Virus record (IMG/VR): IMGVR_UViG_3300047157_000162
Span: 1-64,000 of that record
Source of the DNA: a virus
DNA: 64,000 bases
Direction: 5' to 3' (one strand)
Of the stretch, positions 11,404-19,070 are shown one piece after another (the first letter of the stretch is position 1; each line of letters begins with the position of its first letter). The position numbers were made by a program, and so were the translations under genes. The notes beneath the pieces were generated by a model that ran no database searches, was not told the DNA's origin, and saw only the letters and a program-made list of their open reading frames with translations.

Positions 11404-12261
11404 TTAGTTCATATATGCTTTGCCTGATTCAGCAGAAGCGAAGGTTATTGTTAAATTGTTTTCATCGATGTATACTATATCTCCGTAACCTTTCTGCCCG
11501 GTGGACAAAACCATAGTTACAGAAGGAAATTTATCTAGGTTATGCTGAACAGTCCACGTTGCACTAGCTCCTGCTTGTACAAATGTATATGTTTCGTTCG
11601 CTCTAGCCCAAGAGTTATCTCCTCGTAGGAATTTAGTATTATCAGGCGTACCAGTAGCTGACAATGATGCTGTAATCTCTACGTTACCTGTTTGAGGCGT
11701 CGTAGGTGTCATATCTATAAACTCAGTATCAAGAGCCCTGACACTGTCAACACCTGTAGCACCGAGTTCTAGATAAAAGTTTACAAGAGTATAATAGTGA
11801 TCCATATCTATAGATCCATTACCTCCTAAATATTCTAATGTTAATGTATAAAAGTTAGTTGTACCAATTTGCGTGTACCCTCTCATTATATAATGCCCAA
11901 ATGAGCCTTTACCGGCTACATCTTGAAACAGTACTTGCTCATCTACTAAGTACTCTAAGAAAGGTGAAACAATTTGACCCGACAGGTCCATGTTTGATAT
12001 TACTATAGATGTAATACTTGACCAAGGTGTGTCATCACCGCTTCCGGCTGCAAAAGCAAAAGTACCTGCTTTAAATGAAGGGTCTTGAACAAACTGATAA
12101 TTCATTTGCCCTGCAATTGCCACCTTACCGTTTATATTCAAGTAGTCCGCCACTGCTTTAGCCGTGTATTGCTTAGTCTGTCTATTGACAGAGTCAGTTC
12201 CAACCCAAGCATCTGTATCAGTTATAGTCTGATCGTATGGATATGAATATATTATTGCCAT
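11404..12261 (-). CDS. virion structural protein
   Basis: FLRGDNSW fibre motif and WTVQHNL...ITFASAESGKAYMN C-terminal domain; in the structural operon. Confidence 0.6.
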   Translation of the reverse strand: MAIIYSYPYDQTITDTDAWVGTDSVNRQTKQYTAKAVADYLNINGKVAIAGQMNYQFVQDPSFKAGTFAFAAGSGDDTPWSSITSIVISNMDLSGQIVSPFLEYLVDEQVLFQDVAGKGSFGHYIMRGYTQIGTTNFYTLTLEYLGGNGSIDMDHYYTLVNFYLELGATGVDSVRALDTEFIDMTPTTPQTGNVEITASLSATGTPDNTKFLRGDNSWARANETYTFVQAGASATWTVQHNLDKFPSVTMVLSTGQKGYGDIVYIDENNLTITFASAESGKAYMN

Positions 12262-12263
12262 GC

Positions 12264-12530
12264 TTATCTTTTGTTTTGTCTTCTTTCGGCCTTAGTACCG
12301 TCTTTTTTACTCTTATTCTGCGTTCCACCTCTGTTATGAGACGATGTAACACATTTTTTAGTATTATGGTCGTAGTCTTGACCTTTAGGACAGTCTATTC
12401 TTTGGCTTTCTGCTTTCATTTTTCTTCTTCTGTCTGTCATAGCGTATTTAAGGTCTCTTATTGCCTTAGCCTTCGCTGCTGCTGGACTTAATTTTTGCTT
12501 CGGTCCGCCTTTTCTTCTTGGTTTTGCCAT
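12264..12530 (-). CDS. small basic protein with an HNH-like motif
   Basis: K/R-rich; GQDYDH...SSHNRG resembles a truncated HNH signature. Confidence 0.4.
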   Translation of the reverse strand: MAKPRRKGGPKQKLSPAAAKAKAIRDLKYAMTDRRRKMKAESQRIDCPKGQDYDHNTKKCVTSSHNRGGTQNKSKKDGTKAERRQNKR

Positions 12531-12556
12531 AATACCGTTTTAGTATACTCTATATA

Positions 12557-12581
12557 CTTACTCGAAAACGCTTATTTTTAC
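12557..12581 (-). promoter_or_regulatory. class 2 (middle/late) promoter motif
   Basis: minus strand GTAAAAA-N11-GAGTAAG upstream of the 12530 start. Confidence 0.55.
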
Positions 12582-12609
12582 AAATTTAGCAGCATATACT
12601 TATATAGTG

Positions 12610-12651
12610 TGACAATAGCCTATTACTATCTAATATAACTAGCTAATGTCA
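12610..12651. repeat. 42-bp imperfect palindrome, copy 1
   Basis: TGACAATAGCC-tattactatctaatataact-AGCTAATGTCA. Confidence 0.85.
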
Positions 12652-12849
12652 TAGTATCGATTTAAAAAGTTATTACAAATATAGGGCAAAGGTATTGCGC
12701 CTTGTCCAAACGGTGTACGCATTTTTCCCTTTTACGTTTTCAAAAGCCGGGGCCCCCCTTTTTTTTCAGAATCACGCGAATTTTTTCGATTTTTTACGTA
12801 CGTTTTACCGTAGAGGTTTTGACTTTATATTTTATGTATACTATTTTTA

Positions 12850-12882
12850 ATCAAACTTTATACAGAGATATTTAGATAATAT
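12850..12882 (+). promoter_or_regulatory. class 1 (early) promoter motif, copy 1
   Basis: atCAAActttATACagagatatttAGATAATAT. Confidence 0.75.
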
Positions 12883-12940
12883 ATTTGTTATTAAAACTTA
12901 TAATAATTCAAACTAATATTAACTTAAATAATAAATAATT

Positions 12941-13174
12941 ATGTCAACAATGAAAAGTAAAAGATTCGTAGTAAGAAAGTCGTTAATCGGTAAGAACCAA
13001 GTAATAGAAGTTACTTTCAAAAATGGGAAAGACTCGCCAAGTATAATCATGATCGACGCCTTCGAGTGTATGAAAGAGAAACTTGAAAAAATGAACTGTT
13101 GGGAGAAGTACAAGAGTTACACAAGTAGTACAAGTATTCCAGTGAGTGTTAGATCTGTGTTAATCACAGACTAA
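12941..13174 (+). CDS. early protein, paralogue A of 13632..13865
   Basis: KSKRFVVRKSLIGKNQ...CWEKYKSYTSSTS shared with the 13632 ORF; the middle is out of frame (KYNHD is present in another frame). Confidence 0.75.
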   Translation: MSTMKSKRFVVRKSLIGKNQVIEVTFKNGKDSPSIIMIDAFECMKEKLEKMNCWEKYKSYTSSTSIPVSVRSVLITD

Positions 13175-13178
13175 TACT

Positions 13179-13211
13179 TACAAATTGAGTACAAACTGAA
13201 TTAGATAATAT
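13179..13211 (+). promoter_or_regulatory. class 1 promoter motif, copy 2
   Basis: TACAAAttgagTACAaactgaattAGATAATAT. Confidence 0.75.
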
Positions 13212-13226
13212 AATAAATTAATAATT

Positions 13227-13376
13227 ATGCAAATTTCTTTTAAAATTGATCAAGACAATGATCTTTATGAATTGACAGTGGACAATAAAGTATATACAAT
13301 CTATAATGTGTATGATACAAAACAAACTGGAAAACTGTGGGATGATCTCAATATGTTGATTGATGAGCATCTGTAA
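13227..13376 (+). CDS. small acidic hypothetical protein (49 aa, not in ORF track)
   Basis: MQISFKIDQDNDLYELTVDNK...; directly behind promoter copy 2. Confidence 0.55.
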   Translation: MQISFKIDQDNDLYELTVDNKVYTIYNVYDTKQTGKLWDDLNMLIDEHL

Positions 13377-13382
13377 AAACTA

Positions 13383-13425
13383 TGACAATAGCCTGTTACT
13401 ATCTTAACCTAATAGGCTAATGTCA
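13383..13425. repeat. 42/43-bp imperfect palindrome, copy 2
   Basis: TGACAATAGCC-tgttactatcttaacctaata-GGCTAATGTCA. Confidence 0.85.
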
Positions 13426-13499
13426 CACTTTTCTTGGCCTGATCCTGAAATAAGATCGGAAGAGTAGACTCCGTCCTACGCGACAGTTAAGTAAAACCC

Positions 13500-13560
13500 C
13501 CTCACCCCCTAAAAGTGTATAGCACTTTGTATAGCACCTCACTCCCCCGCCGTAGAGCAC
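13500..13560 (+). repeat. short direct repeats (GTAKAGCAC x3; CCTCAC-C-run x2)
   Basis: gtatagcac at 13517 and 13529, gtagagcac at 13552; cctcaccccc / cctcactccccc. Confidence 0.6.
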
Positions 13561-13563
13561 TTG

Positions 13564-13596
13564 TACAAACTTTATACATTTCATTTCAGATAATAT
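13564..13596 (+). promoter_or_regulatory. class 1 promoter motif, copy 3
   Basis: TACAAActttATACAtttcatttcAGATAATAT. Confidence 0.8.
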
Positions 13597-13631
13597 ACAT
13601 GAAAATAAATATTAACTTAAATAAATAAATT

Positions 13632-13865
13632 ATGTCGCAAGTATTAAAAAGTAAAAGATTCGTAGTAAGAAAATCACTTATTGGTAAAAATCAAATCATT
13701 GAAGTAACATTCAAAAGTGGTAAAGTTGCAAAGTACAATCACGATCAAGTGTTCGAAGTAATGAAGAACAAATTAGAAGCAATGGCGTGCTGGGAAAAGT
13801 ATAAATCCTACACTTCAAGCACTTCAATGCCTGTAATAACAAGAGAACTACTTATAACTGAGTAG
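13632..13865 (+). CDS. early protein, paralogue B of 12941..13174
   Basis: 77 aa with clear similarity to the 12941 ORF; near-identical leader aatattaacttaaata...aattATGTC. Confidence 0.8.
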   Translation: MSQVLKSKRFVVRKSLIGKNQIIEVTFKSGKVAKYNHDQVFEVMKNKLEAMACWEKYKSYTSSTSMPVITRELLITE

Positions 13866-13945
13866 TATCTTGTACAGAGAGGTGTAGTATAAAACTTCCC
13901 ATACTATTTCATGGAGTAAATAATAGTACACCTCTAAAATCAAGT

Positions 13946-13978
13946 TTCAAAACTAATACAAGTCACTATAGATAATAT
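13946..13978 (+). promoter_or_regulatory. class 1 promoter motif, copy 4
   Basis: ttCAAAactaATACAagtcactatAGATAATAT. Confidence 0.8.
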
Positions 13979-14016
13979 CTATGTAACAATTAATAACTAT
14001 AATAAAAAGTAATACT

Positions 14017-14151
14017 ATGCAAGTAACATTAACATGCGATAATGGTAAAATAATAGATCTAACTAGCGATATCTTAGATCAAATGGAAGGTAAAGTAACT
14101 AGAAAAGACGTTCTTAACAGAATAGAATTTTATAAAGAAACAAACAGATGA
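14017..14151 (+). CDS. small hypothetical protein (44 aa, not in ORF track)
   Basis: MQVTLTCDNGKIIDLTSDILDQMEGK...; behind promoter copy 4. Confidence 0.5.
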   Translation: MQVTLTCDNGKIIDLTSDILDQMEGKVTRKDVLNRIEFYKETNR

Positions 14152-14247
14152 GAAGTTTAAATAAAAGAGTGTTGTTAACACTAGAGAAAGTAAACAGAGT
14201 ATTAACCGAGCTAGGTAGCGCTGCCGCCTTCGCGATAAGAAATTAAT

Positions 14248-14496
14248 ATGGAATATAAAGGATATACTTACGAGAAAATACAAGTAGAAAACTGGAAGGG
14301 TGAGATCAATACTATGTATCTATGTAGCGATAATGATCTACTACAACATGTGAAAACAAGTAGTTTTACTAAATTAACTTTGCAGAGAATGAAAGACGAG
14401 ATCGATTACTTAGTCGAGAACGCTAATCACCACGTAGAGCTTAATAAATTAGAGTACGAAGCAACTAAACACTTCTTACAATATAAATACGATTAA
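14248..14496 (+). CDS. hypothetical early protein
   Basis: 82-aa ORF on the coding strand of the early block. Confidence 0.6.
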   Translation: MEYKGYTYEKIQVENWKGEINTMYLCSDNDLLQHVKTSSFTKLTLQRMKDEIDYLVENANHHVELNKLEYEATKHFLQYKYD

Positions 14497-14509
14497 AGCG
14501 AGATAATAT
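14477..14509 (+). promoter_or_regulatory. class 1 promoter motif, copy 5
   Basis: TACAAtataaATACGattaaagcgAGATAATAT. Confidence 0.8.
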
Positions 14510-14531
14510 TAATGTAAATAAATAATAAACT

Positions 14532-14744
14532 ATGCAGAATACTATTAAATTTTTCAAAGACAAAAAGAATCAAGCGCCAATGGCGAGACTAAACGATGTA
14601 ACTTACAAAGGTTATTTAATCGGTGAACTACCAAGTAAGTTTGCCTTCATGTACGATCAAGAACAAGAAAAAGAGGGTGTTATCGAGTGGTTTAACCACG
14701 AAGGTTTAACTTATATAGAAAAGTCTAATAATCCGTGGGCGTAA
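14532..14744 (+). CDS. hypothetical early protein
   Basis: 70-aa ORF behind promoter copy 5. Confidence 0.6.
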   Translation: MQNTIKFFKDKKNQAPMARLNDVTYKGYLIGELPSKFAFMYDQEQEKEGVIEWFNHEGLTYIEKSNNPWA

Positions 14745-14926
14745 TATGAGTTTATTCCACTGGTCAGAAGAAACTATAAGTCACTTCGAATTTATGAGTA
14801 GTTACTTAAGTAAAGAGCAAACTATAGACAAAATAAAGCAATTTGTAGTAGTTGACTGTGTTCCTGCAGAAGAGGAAACTGAAGAAATGTTAGTAGAAGA
14901 TTTAATTAATATAATATACAAGTAGT

Positions 14927-15109
14927 ATGAAGCTGACAAAGAATGAAATAAAGGGAATAGCGTATCAACTAGATGAAGTAATAAGTAATAACTTTCATAA
15001 CACTATATATAATACTGTATGGGAAAGAGAAATGCACTCTGACGAAGACATAGAAGTAGACGACGAAGATATATTAGCAATTAAACAAGAATTAAAAAGA
15101 ATACTATGA
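14927..15109 (+). CDS. small acidic hypothetical protein
   Basis: 60-aa ORF overlapping the next start. Confidence 0.55.
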   Translation: MKLTKNEIKGIAYQLDEVISNNFHNTIYNTVWEREMHSDEDIEVDDEDILAIKQELKRIL

Positions 15110-15348
15110 TGACAATGAAAGAAATGTGTGCATACGTAGATCAGAAAAGAAAAGCTGATGCTATACACCATCGTAAAACTGTGACTAAAGGTGAATTTTG
15201 TAAACCTTTCACTGAAAAAGAGCACAAAATGGTGAAAACAAAGTCTAAAGGAGCGGGATCTAAAGGCAGGAAACACGCTCATACCAAGTTGTGGACTTAC
15301 CATAACTCAGGAGTGTCGTTCAAAACTAATACGAAAAAAGTAAGATAA
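15106..15348 (+). CDS. small basic hypothetical protein
   Basis: 80-aa ORF with ATGA coupling to the previous gene. Confidence 0.55.
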   Translation: MMTMKEMCAYVDQKRKADAIHHRKTVTKGEFCKPFTEKEHKMVKTKSKGAGSKGRKHAHTKLWTYHNSGVSFKTNTKKVR

Positions 15349-15351
15349 TAT
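15319..15351 (+). promoter_or_regulatory. class 1 promoter motif, copy 6
   Basis: ttCAAAactaATACGaaaaaagtaAGATAATAT. Confidence 0.8.
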
Positions 15352-15592
15352 ATACATGAAATCAACAGCAGATATATTACAAGAGCTATCAATGTACGCT
15401 AACCTCAACTATGAGGACGATTGGTATTTAAAAGATAAAATTAACGAGTTAAAAACTAGAATATATGAGCAAACAAATAGTTAAAAGTCCATGGGATTTA
15501 GCCTATGAAGAGTATAAAGATGTATACAGCAGAGCAGAGATAGATGATATGCTTTTCTGTGAAATAGATGAACTAATAAATCAAGAATAGAA

Positions 15593-15787
15593 ATGAGTAT
15601 AACAAAGCAAATAGACGAAATAGCAGAAAGAATAGCTGAAATTACACTGCAACTAATAGAAGACAGTGTTGATTGGCAAATAGCGGATCAAGATTTAGAC
15701 GGTGATGAGTACAGTGAACTACATGACTACGTTGTTAGTGAGTCGATAGAAAAACTTTACAAAAACAATACGATTAACTCTAGATAA
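15593..15787 (+). CDS. small acidic hypothetical protein
   Basis: 64-aa ORF. Confidence 0.55.
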   Translation: MSITKQIDEIAERIAEITLQLIEDSVDWQIADQDLDGDEYSELHDYVVSESIEKLYKNNTINSR

Positions 15788-15790
15788 TAT
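15758..15790 (+). promoter_or_regulatory. class 1 promoter motif, copy 7
   Basis: TACAAAaacaATACGattaactctAGATAATAT. Confidence 0.8.
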
Positions 15791-15814
15791 ATATGTAACA
15801 AAAAATAATAAACT

Positions 15815-16003
15815 ATGTACTGTAAATGCGGCGACGAGGTCCACCCTTACCGATTAAACTTAGGATATAAGACATGTCCACCCTGTTCTGAAGTAAAAAA
15901 ACATTCTTATGTTCCAATTACTTACCATAAAACAGGTAATACAATTCAAATAGTAAGTCAAGAGCTAAGTGCACTTGTACATAAATCACAAAGACGAAGA
16001 TAA
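15815..16003 (+). CDS. C4 zinc-finger protein, DksA/TraR-finger-like
   Basis: CKCGDEVHPYRLNLGYKTCPPC resembles the C-x-CG...RL...CxxC pattern. Confidence 0.5.
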   Translation: MYCKCGDEVHPYRLNLGYKTCPPCSEVKKHSYVPITYHKTGNTIQIVSQELSALVHKSQRRR

Positions 16004-16004
16004 T

Positions 16005-16457
16005 ATGAATACACTAACACAATGGCAAGCTCGCCGAAAAGAGCTAGAAGACAAGTATGTAGAGTTAATGCTTGCTAAGTACCCACTACTAACTGATGTA
16101 ACTACAAATACACAACGTGAAAATGGTACTAGAACGTTCCAACTTAACCACAAAAAGTATGGTTTATGTAAATTTGCTACATACAAATCAGGTATGGTGC
16201 GTAAAATAATAAGAACTAGATTTAAAGATTTATCTTGCTATCAACTAAATCCTCAAAGATCAATAACTAATTATTATATGACACTTGGTGACAATAGCGA
16301 GTTAAATATGAGCTCTTATGTAGGTAAACAAAGAGTAAAAATAACTAACGGCCTTGCTAGATTAGTGTATCTAGAAAAATACTTAATAAAAAACTACGAC
16401 TTAGACTCAGTGCAAGACGTAATCGAGGTTGATGGTGTATTGTATAAAAGAATATAA
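16005..16457 (+). CDS. hypothetical early protein (probable start MNTLTQW)
   Basis: ORF 15969..16457; the ATG at 16005 directly follows the previous stop. Confidence 0.6.
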   Translation: MNTLTQWQARRKELEDKYVELMLAKYPLLTDVTTNTQRENGTRTFQLNHKKYGLCKFATYKSGMVRKIIRTRFKDLSCYQLNPQRSITNYYMTLGDNSELNMSSYVGKQRVKITNGLARLVYLEKYLIKNYDLDSVQDVIEVDGVLYKRI

Positions 16458-16612
16458 ACACGGTGGAGGGCTTAGTACGGCTACGGTATTTTAAGTAGTT
16501 AAGCTAACGAAGATCCTCTAATGTGTTTATTAGTCAGCGAATAAATAACGACCGCGACAAAGTGTGGGGAATGTCTGGCGAATAGTAGAGTTTTACGGTA
16601 TATAGCTCTCTC
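16454..16612 (+). ncRNA. candidate structured non-coding RNA
   Basis: nested stems ataaacac/gtgtttat, ggagg/cctct, gctt/aagc, ggctac/gtagtt; gtcag/ctggc; agagtt/agctct; no convincing ORF. Confidence 0.4.
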
Positions 16613-16628
16613 TAAATAAGAAAACCGA

Positions 16629-16717
16629 CAACTAGGTCAGGCAAAACATTTACAAGTGCACTTGTTAGTGTGTATGGGCTACCGACGGGTATGAGGTTCG
16701 AATCCTCACTAGTTACA
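16629..16717 (+). ncRNA. tRNA-like element with non-canonical D and anticodon regions
   Basis: T-arm TGAGG-TTCGAAT-CCTCA, acceptor-like pairing (C)AACTAG/CTAGTT(A), extra hairpin TACC-GACG-GGTA. Confidence 0.5.
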
Positions 16718-16720
16718 AAT

Positions 16721-16794
16721 GGCGCGGTGGAGAAGTTGGTTATCTCGCGAGTCTCATAAACTCGAGGTCGAAGGTTCGAATCCTTCCTGCGCAC
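16721..16794 (+). tRNA. tRNA with CAT anticodon (Met, initiator-like features; Ile2 not excluded)
   Basis: GGCGCGG/CTGCGCA acceptor, GAGA/TCTC D-stem, CGAGT-CTCATAA-ACTCG, GAAGG-TTCGAAT-CCTTC; CCA not encoded. Confidence 0.9.
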
Positions 16795-16814
16795 CTAATT
16801 TAAAATTAAATAAA

Positions 16815-17018
16815 ATGAGTAAAACTAAATTTAATGGATTTGAAAAGTATTTCATCCAAACAGCGTTAAACCACGCTATCAAACAAGCTGAAGAAGATGT
16901 TAAAGAACTAATAAGCGAAGGTAAAAGACCTCTCTATTCAGAAGGTTACTTTACTATGGTAGGTAATGAAATATTAGATAAAGTAAATAGTATGACACTT
17001 AAAAAATACCAAGATTAG
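16815..17018 (+). CDS. hypothetical protein (true start MSKTKFNG)
   Basis: the listed ORF 16719..17018 runs through the tRNA; the ATG at 16815 has a typical A-rich leader. Confidence 0.6.
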   Translation: MSKTKFNGFEKYFIQTALNHAIKQAEEDVKELISEGKRPLYSEGYFTMVGNEILDKVNSMTLKKYQD

Positions 17019-17019
17019 T

Positions 17020-17052
17020 TACAAATTTAATACGATACACTACAGATAATAT
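17020..17052 (+). promoter_or_regulatory. class 1 promoter motif, copy 8
   Basis: TACAAAtttaATACGatacactacAGATAATAT. Confidence 0.8.
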
Positions 17053-17076
17053 ATATGAATTTAAAATAACAATAGC

Positions 17077-17310
17077 ATGAGCAATTTACTACAATCAATT
17101 AAACCCAAGTACATCAAACTTATTAAACAAAGTGACTACAAGTTTACTTCGTCAAGAATTATTGCTAAACTAGAAAGCAGCAAGTGGTATGGTGAGCTAA
17201 CTATACAAGAGATCAGAGATATATATGACATGTGTAGTATCAACGCGTTAAGAGTATCAGCGTGGGACTACAGATTCGGCGATAACATTTTAATAGACGG
17301 CGATGACTAA
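17077..17310 (+). CDS. hypothetical early protein
   Basis: 77-aa ORF behind promoter copy 8. Confidence 0.6.
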   Translation: MSNLLQSIKPKYIKLIKQSDYKFTSSRIIAKLESSKWYGELTIQEIRDIYDMCSINALRVSAWDYRFGDNILIDGDD

Positions 17311-17741
17311 GCAAGAATTACAACAACGAGCAAGCGACAAAGCTTTCGCTAGAATGTCTATGCTCTTGATTACAATCGAGCAAAACAAAGAAGATATACG
17401 TACAGGTAACTACGGAGGTGTTACATCACACTGAGATGGATATAGTATTAAATAGTAATAAAACAGAATTAAAGGTGTGGCAATACATCGCTAAATTAAT
17501 AGAAACAGATGAAGAATAAATATATAACCGACGAGTTAATAACTCAGAGAATGTCCGAGAAAGGTTGGATCGAAGGATGTGACGACGAGCATGCTAGAAA
17601 CCAAGTACTTGCACACTATGAATGTGAATAACTGATCAATGGCGAAACCCAGACTTCAGTGTATACGAAGAGTCAACTGCTGACGGCTACTCTGTATGGA
17701 TAGCTGCCGCTGATACAACTCGTATAAACGTAAACGAAGAT

Positions 17742-18167
17742 GTGTACTACTATGAAAACGAACTTACAGACGCGTTATACGAAGTAATACCTGACTACAA
17801 TCAGATATACTGTGACAACTATGACTTTGTTGAAGATGCTATCACTAGACACTACGAAGATCTATTATGTAAAATGGAAGACGAAATTATAGATGAGTTA
17901 CTTAATGAAGGTTATAACCATAAAATAGTTAACCCTATAAACACGCTACAATATATAGAAATGATCTCTCAAGATTGTAGTTTTTTAGACGGTAGCTCAA
18001 GAGCTATAAATCTAACAGTAGATGAAGACTATAGGTATTTAAACTATGCTAGTCAAATAATTAAAGACAGAGCCAGGTATGAGATTGTAGCTAATCATTA
18101 TGGTCTAACTATCGAAAGAGCTGTTAAAGGTGAATTAATATTTAAAGAATTAAAAAATGAAAACTAA
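17742..18167 (+). CDS. acidic hypothetical protein (N-terminus probably extends upstream across a frameshift)
   Basis: GTG-start ORF; the upstream sequence from about 17509 looks coding. Confidence 0.5.
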   Translation: MYYYENELTDALYEVIPDYNQIYCDNYDFVEDAITRHYEDLLCKMEDEIIDELLNEGYNHKIVNPINTLQYIEMISQDCSFLDGSSRAINLTVDEDYRYLNYASQIIKDRARYEIVANHYGLTIERAVKGELIFKELKNEN

Positions 18168-18420
18168 AAAACAAACAGTACCTAAATGGTTTAAAGGAAC
18201 CATATATGGTGAAGGTGAAACAGTAACCAATCCGTTCAGTGGCGAATGCTATACACTCAACAGCCTCGAGCTCTCAATGTACGATTATATTATGGGTAGC
18301 CAATATATATTTGAAGTAGCACCTAAAACTGTTACACCTAAACAAGTCAGTGAGTTTCAAAAAGCGTTAAACTGGTTTCGTAAAAATAATACAGAAGCAT
18401 ACTTCGTGTTGCTTGATTAA
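18157..18420 (+). CDS. hypothetical protein
   Basis: 87-aa ORF, overlapping start. Confidence 0.6.
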   Translation: MKTKKQTVPKWFKGTIYGEGETVTNPFSGECYTLNSLELSMYDYIMGSQYIFEVAPKTVTPKQVSEFQKALNWFRKNNTEAYFVLLD

Positions 18421-18453
18421 TACAAACTAAATACGATCGCTAATAGATAATAT
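18421..18453 (+). promoter_or_regulatory. class 1 promoter motif, copy 9
   Basis: TACAAActaaATACGatcgctaatAGATAATAT. Confidence 0.85.
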
Positions 18454-18464
18454 AATAAAAAATT

Positions 18465-19070
18465 ATGAACTTATTAACACAAAATTCTAAACTAAAAAAA
18501 ACATCAAAAGAACTCGGGTTCCGGGTCTTTAACTTCGGTATTCCTGCCTACAAATCTGCTAGCGGGAAACTGACGTGCCCAATGGCTGACAGTTGTGTTA
18601 AATTCTGTTATGCCAAGAAAGGAGCCTACATCTGGAGTAACGTAAAACCTGCGTTTGAAAAGCGTTATCAACTCAGCAAGACTGACATGTTTGTTGATGC
18701 TATGAACGCTGAAATACGTAAGAAGAAACCTGATTACGTCAGAGTCCATGATAGCGGCGATTATTATTCTCGCGCATATCTAAAAAAGTGGATCGACATT
18801 GCTAATAGCAATCCTAACGTACGGTTTTACAGTTACACCAACATGATTGATATGATGTTAAAAACCTCATTACCAAGTAATTACGATATAATATTCAGTG
18901 ACTCTGGAAAACAAAAACATTTAATAGATGAGACAAAGCATAGACACACTAAAATTTTCTCAAGCCATGCTGATCTTGATAGGGCTTCGTATACTGATGC
19001 CAGCTCTATTGATTTAATGGCTACTAAGTGGTTTAATAACACTAATAAAGTAGGTTTAGTATTTCACTAG
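18465..19070 (+). CDS. Gp88-family Cys-cluster (radical-SAM-like) protein
   Basis: NSKLKK N-terminus, TCPMADSCVKFCYA, VRVHDSGDY and FYSYT motifs. Confidence 0.75.
   Translation: MNLLTQNSKLKKTSKELGFRVFNFGIPAYKSASGKLTCPMADSCVKFCYAKKGAYIWSNVKPAFEKRYQLSKTDMFVDAMNAEIRKKKPDYVRVHDSGDYYSRAYLKKWIDIANSNPNVRFYSYTNMIDMMLKTSLPSNYDIIFSDSGKQKHLIDETKHRHTKIFSSHADLDRASYTDASSIDLMATKWFNNTNKVGLVFH

Noticed and set aside
16719-16814. N-terminal part of ORF 16719..17018 and ORF 16612..16794
   Set aside because: They overlap the tRNA and tRNA-like elements; the real CDS starts at 16815.
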